From: Eledone cirrhosa
Taxonomy: Eukaryota
DNA: 64,000 nt
Reading direction: 5' to 3'
Assembly: GCA_964016885.1 (NCBI GenBank)
Contig: OZ024756.1
Coordinates: 496,001-560,000 of the forward strand
Shown: positions 18,212-29,610 of the stretch, one piece after another
Layout: each line of letters starts with the position of its first letter
Numbering within the stretch: position 1 is the first letter of the stretch
Position numbers and translations under genes: made by a program
Notes under the pieces: model-generated
The model's input: the letters and a program-made list of their open reading frames with translations, nothing else
Told to the model about the DNA's origin: nothing
Databases searched by the model: none

Positions 18212-21200
18212 TCAGGATTTGGGCACCATGGCCCATTCGAGAAGAGAATTACTGTTTGCGGAGACATATCCGGGTGTGGGTGGTTTGTCCGGGATTACTT
18301 GGAGGAATTTGTCCAAAGACTTCTTGAATTTTGTGTGGTCAGTTTCTGTTTTGACGTGTCCTGGTGTGATGTTGAAGAGAGCAGGGCCGATTGAGGTGAA
18401 ATAATTGTGCCGTATTGTTGTTATGAGTTGCGATTTAGATTTTTGAATGGGACGGATAGCACGGGGCCCAAGCCTTGGGTGTATCTTAAAGGCGATGCCA
18501 ACATCATTTGGGCAGTGATGATGGAACATTTTCCACATCATGCAGATAATATAACGCTCACGGCGACGTTGGAGTGAGTAAAGTTTCAGGTTTTCCAATC
18601 GACCCCAGTAGTCAAGGTCTGACATGCCATCTATCTTTTTCGTGATTGCCCTTTGAGGAGCTTCAAGTTTCATGATACTTTGTTTCGTGTGGGGAGACCA
18701 CAGTGGACAACAGTATTCAAGGTGTGGTCGGGCGAAAGTAGAGAAGAGAAGGATAATGGTGCGGGAATCTCTCGACTGGAAGGTTCTGAGGATCCAGGAA
18801 CACATTCTGCGGGCCATGTCAACTTTGCTGCTTATATGCGTGGTCCAGCTTATGTTGCTGTCCACGGTTACTCCCAAGTCTCTGATGTTGTTAGATGCCA
18901 CGAGAGTTTCCCCGGAGGGAAGGGAGTACGGGAGTTTCAGAGCATCCTCTTTTCCAAAGTGGATCAGTTCGAATTTGTCTTCGTTCAGTAACATGTTGTT
19001 CTTTTCTGCCCATTGGGTAACAGCCAGTAGGTCTGACTGAAGGCTTATCCGGTCATCCACGCCATTGATGACCTTTTGGAGCTTGGAATCATCAGCGAAA
19101 ATTTTAATGTTGCTGTGTTTGATGATGTCAGTGATGTCATTAATATAGATGATGAAGAGAAGTGGGCCCAACACAGTGCCTTGTGGGACTCCACTACTGA
19201 CTTTGGCTGGGCTTGATTTGACTCCCTCAACTACAACATGTTGGGTTCTGTTTGACAGGAAGCTCTTGATCCACTGCAGCAGCTTTCCAGTGACACCAAT
19301 ATTGGACAGCTTTCTCAGTAGAATGTTATGATCAACCCTGTCAAAGGCCTTGCTGAAATCAAGGTAGATAACATCAGTGTTGGAACCCTCTCCCAAGGCT
19401 CTCAAAATGTCATCAAAGTGATGCAGTAGTTGCGTCAGGCAATCCCTTCCATTACGGAATCCATGCTGGTTGGAGTTCAGCATATTGTTACTCTCAAGGA
19501 AGTGGGTCATTCGCGATCTCACCACTCGCTCAAATACCTTAATGATATGAGAGGTGAGTGAGATTGGACGGTAATTCACGGCAAGGGATTTGTTTCCCTT
19601 TTTGAAAACTGGTACAACAGACTGGGATAGAAGGTTTTCTGGCACATATCCAGCATCCAGTGAGTTCCGCCACAGATTGGCAAGAGGAGAAGCAAGTTGG
19701 TGTTGACACGCCTTCAGGACACAAGCAGGGAACCTATCGGGACCTACTGCTGAATTATGCTTGATTTCCTTTATTGCCGCCAAGACATCAGGGGCGCCAA
19801 ACGTTATGTCCGATAAGGTGTAATGGGGAGTAACATCGCCGATACAGCCCAGATCGGCCATATCAGGATTGCTGAAAACAGAGCAGTATTGTTTCTGCAG
19901 TATCTCACCCATGGTTTTAGCATTGTCTTGAAGAGTGCCATTTTCATCAATTAGAGGGCCAACAGTAGAGCCAGTGATTTTGTGTTTTTTTGCAAATGAA
20001 AAGAACACTTTGGGATTGAGTTTGATCTTCTCAATGGCCCAGGCCTCTTCAGCTCTTCTCTGATTGTTGATGAGGGACATTATGTTGTTTTGGAGGTTAT
20101 GTTTTTTAATCTCTAGTGATGAAATGGCAGTCAAGTTGATGTGTTGCTGCTGACAGTATTTCAGATTGTTGATTTTTTTGTTCGTTCTCTTAATTTTTCT
20201 GATGAGCGTTTTTCTATTTCTAGGGATTCTGCTCTTAGATTTGTTTATAGTTCTTAATGGGGTGTGTTTAGCACATATGTTTGTAACAGTGTCCACAAAT
20301 GTCTGCCAGGACTTTTTGATGTTAGTGGGTGTATGAGTGTGCGTGAAGGACCAGTCGACATGTGCAAGATCATGACTGATCGCTTCCCAGTTTGCATTGT
20401 GGAAATCCATAGCGTCAAACGGATGGACAGGAGAAATGACATTGGGTTTGTATATTGGACGGTGGAATCTCAGATCACAGAGAACCATGTCATGATCAGA
20501 GAGTAGAGTTTTCTCCACTGCAATATTGTGGATATTGTCAGTGTGATTGCTGAAAATTAAGTCTAGGACGTTTTTGTGGCACCTCGTTGGTTCGAGCACT
20601 AGTTGGGATAGGAAGAAATCATCCATGAAGTCAAGAAGCGATTCCACAGCTTCCCTGTCAGAGGTTGAGGCAGAAGAACCTGGTGGCAGGGTGTTTGTGG
20701 ACCAGTCAACTCCGGGGAGGTTGAAGTCCCCCATCATTAAGATGTTGTCAGGGTGACACTCTTGGATGAAACACTTTATGCTGTTGAGGCATTCCTTGAA
20801 GCATGGTACAGGCGTTTGGGGTGGCCTATAGAGCCCAACTACTAATAGGTTGTTGGTTTGACTGAATACAGTGACTGCCTCACAGTATCCATTAGTGAAT
20901 ATGTTCATAGCCTCTGTTGAGAAAGAATTATGGACATAAATGGCAGTTCCGCCCTTTCTTCTGCCAGCGCGATCAGCACGGATGGCTTTGAAATTTTTCA
21001 CTTTCACCTCGGCTTCCAAGTGGAGGTTACTGAGATGGGTTTCAGTGAGGACGAAGAAAGGGATGTGGTTTGGATGGACATCAATCCAGTCCTCCAGGAA
21101 TTTGATCTTCCATTTTTGAGTATTGGTGGAAGGGCTGATGCCTTGGGCGTTAAGCAAAAATGTAGAGGCGAGAGTGGATGGTTTTAATTGTTTTGGTGTG

Positions 21201-21232
21201 TTGTTAATTTGTTTGTTTGTTAATGGCAGCAA
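18212..21232 (-). CDS. LINE ORF2: APE endonuclease + reverse transcriptase (1006 aa)
   Basis: LTETHL, LYRPP, MGDFNLP, LSDHD; NYRPISLTS, QHGFR, YLDFSKAFD, GVPQGTVLGP, FADD, HLEYCCPLWSP. Confidence 0.95.
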   Translation of the reverse strand: MLPLTNKQINNTPKQLKPSTLASTFLLNAQGISPSTNTQKWKIKFLEDWIDVHPNHIPFFVLTETHLSNLHLEAEVKVKNFKAIRADRAGRRKGGTAIYVHNSFSTEAMNIFTNGYCEAVTVFSQTNNLLVVGLYRPPQTPVPCFKECLNSIKCFIQECHPDNILMMGDFNLPGVDWSTNTLPPGSSASTSDREAVESLLDFMDDFFLSQLVLEPTRCHKNVLDLIFSNHTDNIHNIAVEKTLLSDHDMVLCDLRFHRPIYKPNVISPVHPFDAMDFHNANWEAISHDLAHVDWSFTHTHTPTNIKKSWQTFVDTVTNICAKHTPLRTINKSKSRIPRNRKTLIRKIKRTNKKINNLKYCQQQHINLTAISSLEIKKHNLQNNIMSLINNQRRAEEAWAIEKIKLNPKVFFSFAKKHKITGSTVGPLIDENGTLQDNAKTMGEILQKQYCSVFSNPDMADLGCIGDVTPHYTLSDITFGAPDVLAAIKEIKHNSAVGPDRFPACVLKACQHQLASPLANLWRNSLDAGYVPENLLSQSVVPVFKKGNKSLAVNYRPISLTSHIIKVFERVVRSRMTHFLESNNMLNSNQHGFRNGRDCLTQLLHHFDDILRALGEGSNTDVIYLDFSKAFDRVDHNILLRKLSNIGVTGKLLQWIKSFLSNRTQHVVVEGVKSSPAKVSSGVPQGTVLGPLLFIIYINDITDIIKHSNIKIFADDSKLQKVINGVDDRISLQSDLLAVTQWAEKNNMLLNEDKFELIHFGKEDALKLPYSLPSGETLVASNNIRDLGVTVDSNISWTTHISSKVDMARRMCSWILRTFQSRDSRTIILLFSTFARPHLEYCCPLWSPHTKQSIMKLEAPQRAITKKIDGMSDLDYWGRLENLKLYSLQRRRERYIICMMWKMFHHHCPNDVGIAFKIHPRLGPRAIRPIQKSKSQLITTIRHNYFTSIGPALFNITPGHVKTETDHTKFKKSLDKFLQVIPDKPPTPGYVSANSNSLLEWAMVPKS

Positions 21233-22383
21233 TGGGAGTTTGTGCAGTGGGGTGATAGTGGAGGGTGGTGCTGGGTGATAGCTCGAATGTTTTTTTCCAG
21301 TTCTTTTGCCAGATTCATTATGGCTAAAAAAGAGGAAGAAGTTTCCTGTTTAGAAGACTGTTGGTGACTGTGGTAGTGGTTATTTTTATGTAGGTTATGG
21401 TTTTTGTTTTTGCTTTTATTTTTAATTTTATTTTCATTTATCCGACGGGTCCCCGGGAGATGGGTAAAGGGACAATCCCGGTCTAAACACAATCTGTCTC
21501 GCAGGGAAAAACGGCAGATTTGTGGATTCCTTGTTTGAGTTATTGGTGGTTGTGTTGGTGTTAAATTAGAGTATGTATTATGGTGGTGGCTGTTTGTGGG
21601 GATAGATCGTTTTGTCCTAGGTAAATGGGTGAATTTGCAGCCACTATCCGTACATATTCTATAGCGTAGAGAGTAGCGGCAAATGATGGGGTTTCGAGTG
21701 GGTGGGTATGTGGGTGTGGGTGTTGTGAGAGGTGTAGATGATGGTTTGGGTAGGATTTGATGACCTTTGTGGACTGTGGGAGGGAGAGTTCTTGTTCTGG
21801 TATTAGAAGGTAAATTCCTTGACATAGCAGTAGACAAAAATTTTGTAGTAGCAGTAGTAGTAGTAGGCAGAGATGTTGGCAGTGGTGATGATTGGACTGC
21901 TGGGCCAGAGAAAGGATGTGGCGTTTCATGCTGTGAGACAGAGGCTACTGGGGGGTCAATAGTTTCATTTAGTAGATCGGCCATTGTTGATGAATCAAGG
22001 AGTGGTTCACACTGTTGTTGTTGTTGTTGCTGTTGTTGATGTTGTTGTTGTAGCTGTTGTTGATGTTGTTGTAGCTGTTGTTGTTGTTGCTGTTGTAGCT
22101 GCTGTTGTTGTTGTTGCTGCTGCTGGACAGCATTCGAAGAGAAAACACACCGTAGTTTATCCAAATGTTTATTGATTAATTTAAAAGCAATTTCGATTTG
22201 CTTTAATTTATTTTGAATCTGTTGTTCAGATCGAGTTTTCAAAAATTGAACTGTACGTTTAGCAATGTCGTTCAGAGATGAAGCATCTATATCTTCTGTT
22301 TGGGAAAGGCAATGCCATGTGTTTATTAGAATGTCGATTTCATTATCAGACCAGTTCTGTTTGGATTTTTGCTGGTTAGCCAT
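21220..22383 (-). CDS. LINE ORF1: Myb/SANT-like N-terminus, polyQ tract, two CCCH-type zinc fingers (387 aa)
   Basis: WSDNEIDILINTW...RSEQQIQNKLK; CRYSLRYRICTDSGCKFTH and CRFSLRDRLCLDRDCPFTH; overlaps ORF2 start by 13 nt. Confidence 0.85.
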   Translation of the reverse strand: MANQQKSKQNWSDNEIDILINTWHCLSQTEDIDASSLNDIAKRTVQFLKTRSEQQIQNKLKQIEIAFKLINKHLDKLRCVFSSNAVQQQQQQQQQLQQQQQQQLQQHQQQLQQQHQQQQQQQQQCEPLLDSSTMADLLNETIDPPVASVSQHETPHPFSGPAVQSSPLPTSLPTTTTATTKFLSTAMSRNLPSNTRTRTLPPTVHKGHQILPKPSSTPLTTPTPTYPPTRNPIICRYSLRYRICTDSGCKFTHLPRTKRSIPTNSHHHNTYSNLTPTQPPITQTRNPQICRFSLRDRLCLDRDCPFTHLPGTRRINENKIKNKSKNKNHNLHKNNHYHSHQQSSKQETSSSFLAIMNLAKELEKNIRAITQHHPPLSPHCTNSHCCH

Positions 22384-22394
22384 TCTAGTTTTGA

Positions 22395-22990
22395 GTGTGT
22401 GTGTGTTTTAGTTAAGTATTTCAATATATATATATTTTTTTTTTTAAATTTATTTTTGATTTATTTTTGTTTTTTGTTTTTCTTGTGTGTGAGTGAGAAG
22501 CGTATATATATAAATATGAGTATATATATATATATATATGTATATTCTGGTTATTTGAAATTAATTAAGTTAATGAAAAGACGAAAGTATATAATAATAA
22601 TTTGTAGTTAAAGGAAAATGTACTCACAAGTTCGTGTGTGTGTGTTTTAGTTAAGTATTTCAATATATATATATTTTTTTTAAATTTATTTTTGATTTAT
22701 TTTTGTTTTTTGTTTTTCTTGTGTGTGAGTGAGAAGCGTATATATATAAATATGAGTATATATATATATATATATATGTATATTCTGGTTATTTGAAATT
22801 AATTAAGTTAATGAAAAGACGAAAGTATATAATAATAATTTGTAGTTAAAGGAAAATGTACTCACAAGTTCGAAAACACGTGGTTTCAAATATATAATAA
22901 TATAGATGTATGAAAAATGTATTAACCGGTCAATTTTCAAATATATAATAATAATATAGATGTATGAAAATGTATTAACCGGTCAATTTT
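22395..22990. repeat. Tandem duplications in the LINE 5' UTR (2 x ~239 bp, 2 x ~52 bp)
   Basis: 22395-22633 matches 22634-22871; 22884-22934 matches 22935-22990. Confidence 0.9.
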
Positions 22991-23136
22991 TGTTTGTTTG
23001 GTTTTGTCTTGTGGTTTTGTTTTGTGGCTGTGTGACTTGCTGCTTACTCGGGGAGAGAAGTAAAAACACGTCCTTATACTTCAACTGCTCAACTGCTCAA
23101 TATATATATATTATATATATATATATATTATATATA

Positions 23137-23316
<180 letters not shown>

Positions 23317-23317
23317 A

Positions 23318-23359
<42 letters not shown>

Positions 23360-24378
23360 GTAATAATAATAAAATTGAAGACTAAAATCCAAAGAGGGCT
23401 CGATAAGGAAAATATATATCAAATATATAAGAACCGTAGAGCAAATATTTATTAAAATAACAGATTAAAGTTTAAGCAAAGAATCGCTTCTTTCACCCTT
23501 AACGGGATCTTCTGAAACTAACAAAGTCAATCTGTAAACGCAGAACTGGATATTTCAAAAAACGTTGCAACCGGAGGAAGACAGGAAAACGATACTTTGG
23601 TTCGTGGTAACGTTCGCTGGCAAAGAACGGGAAAAAACGAATAATACGTCATTAATAGGAGCGGTGAAAAACAATTACGCGCAAAGACAAAACCACGTTT
23701 ATGGTATAAAAGAGGTCGTAGACTAATGTTCTCTTAGGTGGTGCATAGAGACGTTCTCTGGCAATGAACGAAAAAACAAAGATAATAAGTCATATGTGGA
23801 GCGTGGAGAACAAAAGCACGCAAAGACAAAACCACGTAAATGGTATAGCAGAAGTCGTAGACTAAAATTCTAACTAGGAGACCAAATGAATCTCTGCTAC
23901 AGAGTTAAGAACAAAGTAAATAAATACAATACAGAAGTAATAGAAACAAATAAATACATACACGCAAACAGATACGTACATACACAAGCATACGCAAAAC
24001 CTTACCATAGGTATACAAAACCACGCACATATAAATATGACTTATTATCTTCGTTTTTTCGTTTATTGCCAGAGAACGTCTCTATGCACCACCTAAGAGA
24101 ACATTGGTCTACAACCTCTTTTATACCATAAACGTGGTTTTGTCTTTGCGCGTAATTGTTTTTCACCGCTCCTATTAATGACGTATTATTCGTTTTTTCC
24201 CGTTCTTTGCCAGCGAACGTTACCACGAACCAAAGTATCGTCTTCCTGTCTTCCTCCGGTTGCAACGTTTTTTTGAAATATCCAGTTCTGTGTTTACAGA
24301 TTGACTTTGTTAGTTTCAGAAGATCCCGTTAAGGGTGAAAGCAGCGATTCTTTGCTTAAACTTTAATCTGTTATTTTA

Positions 24379-24386
<8 letters not shown>
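23360..24386. mobile_element. Non-coding inverted-repeat element, probably Penelope pLTR-derived
   Basis: ~350-bp inverted arms 23445-23795 and 24035-24386, one-sided tail 23360-23444, (TA)n flanks, hammerhead-like motif in each arm. Confidence 0.7.
24297..24370 (+). ncRNA. Hammerhead-like motif with variant core CAGAAGA (inverted copy 23461-23534)
   Basis: agttt-CAGAAGA-tccc gttaa gggt-GAA-agca..tgct-T-aaact, plus distal cagattga/ttaatctg pairing. Confidence 0.5.
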
Positions 24387-24477
<91 letters not shown>

Positions 24478-24524
24478 ATATTATATATATATATATTATA
24501 TATATATATATATATTATATATTA

Positions 24525-24730
24525 TGTAATGTGGCCGTGTAGGCAACACGGTAAAAACCTCCCAGACCCAAACTGTAAATGTGGTTGGTGTTAGGAAGGG
24601 CATCCAACTGTAGAAAACCTGCCAGACAGTCCTATGCGAGCAAGACAATCACTCTTGCCTCAAGTGGGACTACCCCCGTCCAAACCCATGCAAGCATAGA
24701 ACACGGACGTTAAACGTTGATGATGATGAT
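24525..24730 (+). mobile_element. RTE family A 3' UTR fragment
   Basis: Near-identical to 8945-9150; (GAT)n tail. Confidence 0.92.
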
Positions 24731-25144
24731 ATATATGGCTGGACTAAAAAGTCACACTTGTTCAGCGCATCGGTAGGGGTTCTCCTACATGGATATAAAG
24801 TAGTGGCCGTACTCGAAAACGAGTTGGCAGCCACCATATATATATATATATATATATAAATTGGTCTTGGATAATTGTTGCTAAATATCTAAAAGTGTTG
24901 TAAATTGATTTCAGTTTTCAAAGCACTTTAACACTCGGTATGTTTGTTCTACGTGGGGTGCGTCACATATGAGGTTTGACGAGTGTTTTAACAAAAGGGT
25001 CGGCAGTCTGGTTACTATATATATAAACTAGTCTTAAATAATCAGGTGGGTCAGGCCATTATAACGTGGAATCTTAGTTTATGTTGATGTATTCTGGGTA
25101 AACAGTTTGTTTTTAGTTCCCTTCATAATATCGTCATTAGAGGT

Positions 25145-25352
25145 AGGTGGGTTCAATTCCTGGACTGGGTTGTGTTCTTGAGAAAACATTTTACTTCACG
25201 ATGCTCCAGTATACTCAACTGTAGCTGGGAGTTTAACCCTGCAATGGACTAGCGCCCTGTCCAGGGGGTAGTCTTATATTCTTAGATGTTTCATGCCATG
25301 GAAACCGGTGTAAGGACCGGCGTGATGAGCCTCCGAGCTTGGGACAAACTTT
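25145..25352 (+). mobile_element. SINE (family 2, V-domain-like)
   Basis: B-box gggttcaattcc; ccctgcaatggactagcgccctgtccagggg; tail catgccatggaaaccgg; related pieces at 26755-26900 (-), 28020-28180 (+), 63463-63545 (-). Confidence 0.65.
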
Positions 25353-25474
25353 AGATATCATAAACCATTTGAACAGTCTTTTTTTTCTCAGACACCACCC
25401 CTCGGGGAACCGTATTTCTAATGGAATACACAGCCCAAGTGCCTCAATATTGGAAAATAATGGAAATATTGAAT

Positions 25475-25752
25475 AATTTAATGATTTCTACTTTAGGCAC
25501 AAGGCTAATAATTTGGGGTGTGGGGGAAGTCGATTAAATCAACCACAGTACATTACTGGTACTTTATTTATCGACTCCAGTACATTACTGGTACTTTATT
25601 TATTGACTCCAGTACATTACTGGTACTTTATTTATCGACCACATAAGGATGAAAGGCAAAGCTAACCTCGGTGAGATTTGAATTCAGACTGTAAAGGGCC
25701 GTAACTGTGTGCTGTAAAGCATATTGTCCGACGCTCTACCGATACTGCCAAT
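25475..25752 (-). mobile_element. SINE family 1 with internal ~31-33-bp triplication
   Basis: Reverse complement of family 1; cagtacattactggtactttattta occurs three times. Confidence 0.85.
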
Positions 25753-25799
25753 CCATCTCCGTGAAGGAATTTAATAATAAAACTACCTGGCTATCGTTA

Positions 25800-26300
25800 A
25801 CCTGTTGTGTGTGGGTCACTTAATCTGGATGGAGATCACCTTTGTTGTTTTTCCTCTACCAGATCCAGCTGGAACTCCTCTCCACCTCCTCTGCTATAGT
25901 CTTTCCACCCAGTTACTCATGAGTTGTAGGCAGATATTTCTACCAACCCTCTCCCTCCAGCCGGGGGGGGGTCTACTTTTTAAAGAACTTTCTCTCTCCT
26001 GTATGTCTGTCATTCTCGTAATCATAGCTGTTAATAGATCGATATCGATTAACGGCATGACAACCTTCCTGCTCCCTTCGGCTAGAATGTCATACGTTGT
26101 GACATTTTCTCAAGTGACAACATTGTGTTCAGTGACCAGCCCAGGCTTTGCTGCTCGTCATGTCAAAGTATCGGCCACCCTTTGATTTGTTTGTGATTGA
26201 TATTTTAGCAGTGGAGAATTCCAGTGTTCTTGTCCCCCGCCTGACCAAATCCCCCTATGCATGGCTATCGGAGGGGGGTTAGCTACCCACAAGTGTGAGG
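25800..26300 (-). mobile_element. Possible highly decayed LINE 5'/APE-region fragment
   Basis: GC-richer island with only weak resemblance to an APE N-terminus. Confidence 0.3.
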
Positions 26301-28249
26301 TGCAGTGGCTGTTTCAGTCTGTCTCCCTTGCCATCCTCCCTAGCTCCAGAACCACAACATAGACTGACCCTTAAGTTTCATCTATGGTGGTTGCATGTAG
26401 AATATATTTATTTAAGCACTATTGTTATTTTAATAAAAAATGAAAAACCTATGTGTTTGTTTTTTATTCACAAAATTAATGTTGAAAATAAACAATAAAA
26501 TGCAGGGATTTAAAATAAAATTCAACATATTTCTTTTTTATTCACAGGAAATATATTTAGTGTATTTTGTTTTAAAATTCTTCCTAGTTTTCCCTGTAGC
26601 AGCTCTGTCTTTAGCAAATCTTTCGGTGGATTTAAATGTTTCTTTCAAGATTGAGATCAAAGACCGTAAATTGTTGATTCAATTCTTCAGCAGTGCTAAA
26701 TATTTTCTGAAATTGTAATCACAATTAGTCGGCGATTGTCTTGTTGCCTTAAATCCCCAAAGTATGTGGAGGTTCTCTGGTCTGTCGCTTATCTCGTAAA
26801 GCGAATGAGAGTACAAGACTCCCCACTGGACAGGCCGCCAGTTCATCTCAGGGTTAATCCCCCACCTATTACTGGTACTCATGTTCAGCTGAATTATACT
26901 GGCCGTAAAAACTAAAACAGTTGTAAGGATAAGACAGTTTTAAATTCACTTCGGTTTTTCGATCACTTCCTTCCTCTGTATGTTCATCATTGGTTAACTG
27001 TCGATCAGTGTTTGTAAAGATCGATATCGACTAACTTGTGAGTTTATTTCGCCATCATTAAGTCCCAGGTTCACACCCCATGTGAAACTGAGTAGACAGA
27101 GACTGTATAGAAGTCTTACACTGAATCCCCCTGAGAATTACGTATGTTCATAATTCCACTCTTGCGTCATCTCAATCAACTTAGTCCCAGAATTCTTGGT
27201 TCTACTTTCACCTATAACCCCACCTCCACATCCAAGGTGCTGTAGCATGGCCAGGATACTTGCAACATGCGCACTGGGTTTGTGAATATCGCGCTTGCGC
27301 ATTCAACTCCATCCAAAACAAGAATAAAAAATTACCGTCAGTTTGTAGAATGTTACAAGCTTTACAGTAACTCTTGCTAAATGGTTTAGCAATGGACAAT
27401 AGCAGTTTTCTGAAAGGTAACGTAGATTTTTATATTATGTTGAGATATTTTTGTAAATCTTTCCCTCTTAGTCTCCTTCGTATGATCTACTATTTACACC
27501 TACTCAGTTGTTCTCTTGTGAACATATTCTTAATTAAATACACACTCACCTGTTTCAATACATTGCGGATATACAATATATTAAATTTATATATTTTCTT
27601 AATAAATATGTATCTAGTGTAATTTAAAAATTGTTCCTACTTGTTCCTGGGGTAGTTCCTTTGTCTTTATCAAATCCTTCTGTCGGCTATTTCTCCCTAT
27701 CACTGTGTGGTTGTCTTCCTCTCAAGATCTAACTCACTAACACCAATCGAACATGGTAGTTTCGATTGTTGACTTGCAGGACTTCTCCAAAAGGTGCCCA
27801 CCTCTTGCAATCTTTCCGAGGTACACACAATAAGTCCAGCTGTTCACCAACTATGTTTTAAACCCTCTTTCTCCCATTTGACTTTGTCGATGGGGGAAAT
27901 CTTATCTCCCGTATTTAATTCTATACACCTAAGTTTTGTTTTCATCTTAACGGTGTGTCTGTACCTGTAATTAAGTCAGTCTTGTCACACTGCATGTGAA
28001 ACTTCAGTAATTCTTCCCATAGTAGTGACTGTTGGACTTACGACCATAATGTGATAAGTTCCATTCCTGGATCGTGTTGTGTTCTTGAGAAAAACACTTC
28101 ATTCCATCTGGCTCAGTATACTTAGTTGAGCCTGAGTACCAGCAGTATCTTGGGGTTTAACCCTGCCATAGACTGGCGCCGTAACCAATCAAAAGTTTTG
28201 TTTTCGTCTTATTAGCCCAAGTGTTGATTATTTTGTCAGACACTGGACC

Positions 28250-28450
28250 ATTTATACTTGTTGGTAATACATACATACTGGTTCTTCTCCAGTACCTTGA
28301 TGTTCACTCTAATAGTTTGCCTATTGTCTCTGGAGAGACGTGGCCAGCCCATCTATGTTTGTCTTTCTTGATGGTTTCGATTAAGTTCATTCCTGTCTGC
28401 TGTCGAATCCAAGTTTGTTGCTCTTCCTTGTATGATTTGCTCCACTGTCG
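28250..28450 (-). mobile_element. Decayed RTE C-terminal fragment
   Basis: WIRQQTG..IETIKKDKHRWAGHV. Confidence 0.7.
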
Positions 28451-28914
28451 TCTGAATAGTCCCACAATAAGTCCAGCTGTCGTCTGAATAGTCCCACAAT
28501 AAGTCCAGCTGTTCACCATCTGTTTTTTATCTTCTTGTCTCTCCCATTTGACTTTGTCGATGGGGGAAATGTTATCTTCTTGCCTTGCTCCTCGTTAGAA
28601 CGTACATAAATGAAATTCAGACACCCGTGGTTAATATCCCGTTAAAACTGATGTACGTTTCAATTAATTATGAACATCAATAATAAATAACAACTTCGTA
28701 AAATAGAATTCAATGTGTTTTTATTGACAAAAATGTATTTAAATACACGAGAAATATTGTTTAATTCTTCTCTTATGTTCCTTCTTTACAGATGTCCAGC
28801 CACACAAGTGTTCTGTAGAATGAACTAAGTTTGTAATAAAACAATTGTATCATATACTTTGTGTTGTTTATTTATTCCTGGTATGAAGGTAAAACATTTT
28901 GAACAGCCTCATCA

Positions 28915-29610
28915 AAGTTTCGAATCCAACAGTCGCTCCAAAAATGGTTGTCCAATAAACAACGTAGACGGTGTCTTCAATGGTTCGAATCTAAAGAAAG
29001 AAAATAGAAATTTAAAGAATGAACCATGATAGGGTTCGAATCTGACAGTCGTCCCAAAATAGTAAGTACCATCAAGGGAATGAAAAGTAAGTATCAATAA
29101 AGAATGTCAACAATGTAGAAAGTATCATTGAGGGTTCGAATCCAACGTCTAAGAACGGTTCTAAGTATCAAAAATGTAATAAGAACCTTCAAATATGTAA
29201 AGAAAGTATCTCGGGTTCGAATCCAAGAGTCGTCTAAGAATGTAGTTACCATCAAGGGTTCTAAGAATGTAAAGAAAATATCAAAGAATGTAAAGGAAGT
29301 ATCTAAGGTTCGAATCCAACTGTCTTCCAAGAATGTAGTGGGTTCTAAGAATGTAAAGAAAGTATCAAAGGTTCGAATCTAAGTAAGTCAAGAAAGAGTC
29401 TAGAATGTAGTAAGAAGAATGTAAGTAAAATTGTGGGTTCTAAGAATCTAAACAGGCTCCTTATATAGACACTAAGTTAAAAGGGTTCGAATCACTGTCT
29501 TTCAAGAATGTAAGTGAAATTATGGGTTCTAAGAATCTAAACAGTCTCTTTATATAGAAACTAAGTTAAGAAGGTTCAAATCCAACTGTCTTCCAAGAAT
29601 GTAATTAACC
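28915..29610 (+). repeat. Degenerate tandem array with ~9 B-box-like GGTTCGAATC motifs
   Basis: Motif near 28917, 28982, 29033, 29133, 29214, 29307, 29370, 29484, 29573, with recurring aagaatgta. Confidence 0.75.

Noticed and set aside
21220-22383. Host polyQ transcription factor gene
   Set aside because: Intronless, overlaps LINE ORF2 and lies within the element boundaries, so it is ORF1
28915-29610. tRNA gene cluster
   Set aside because: Only T-loop/B-box motifs; no acceptor, D or anticodon stems
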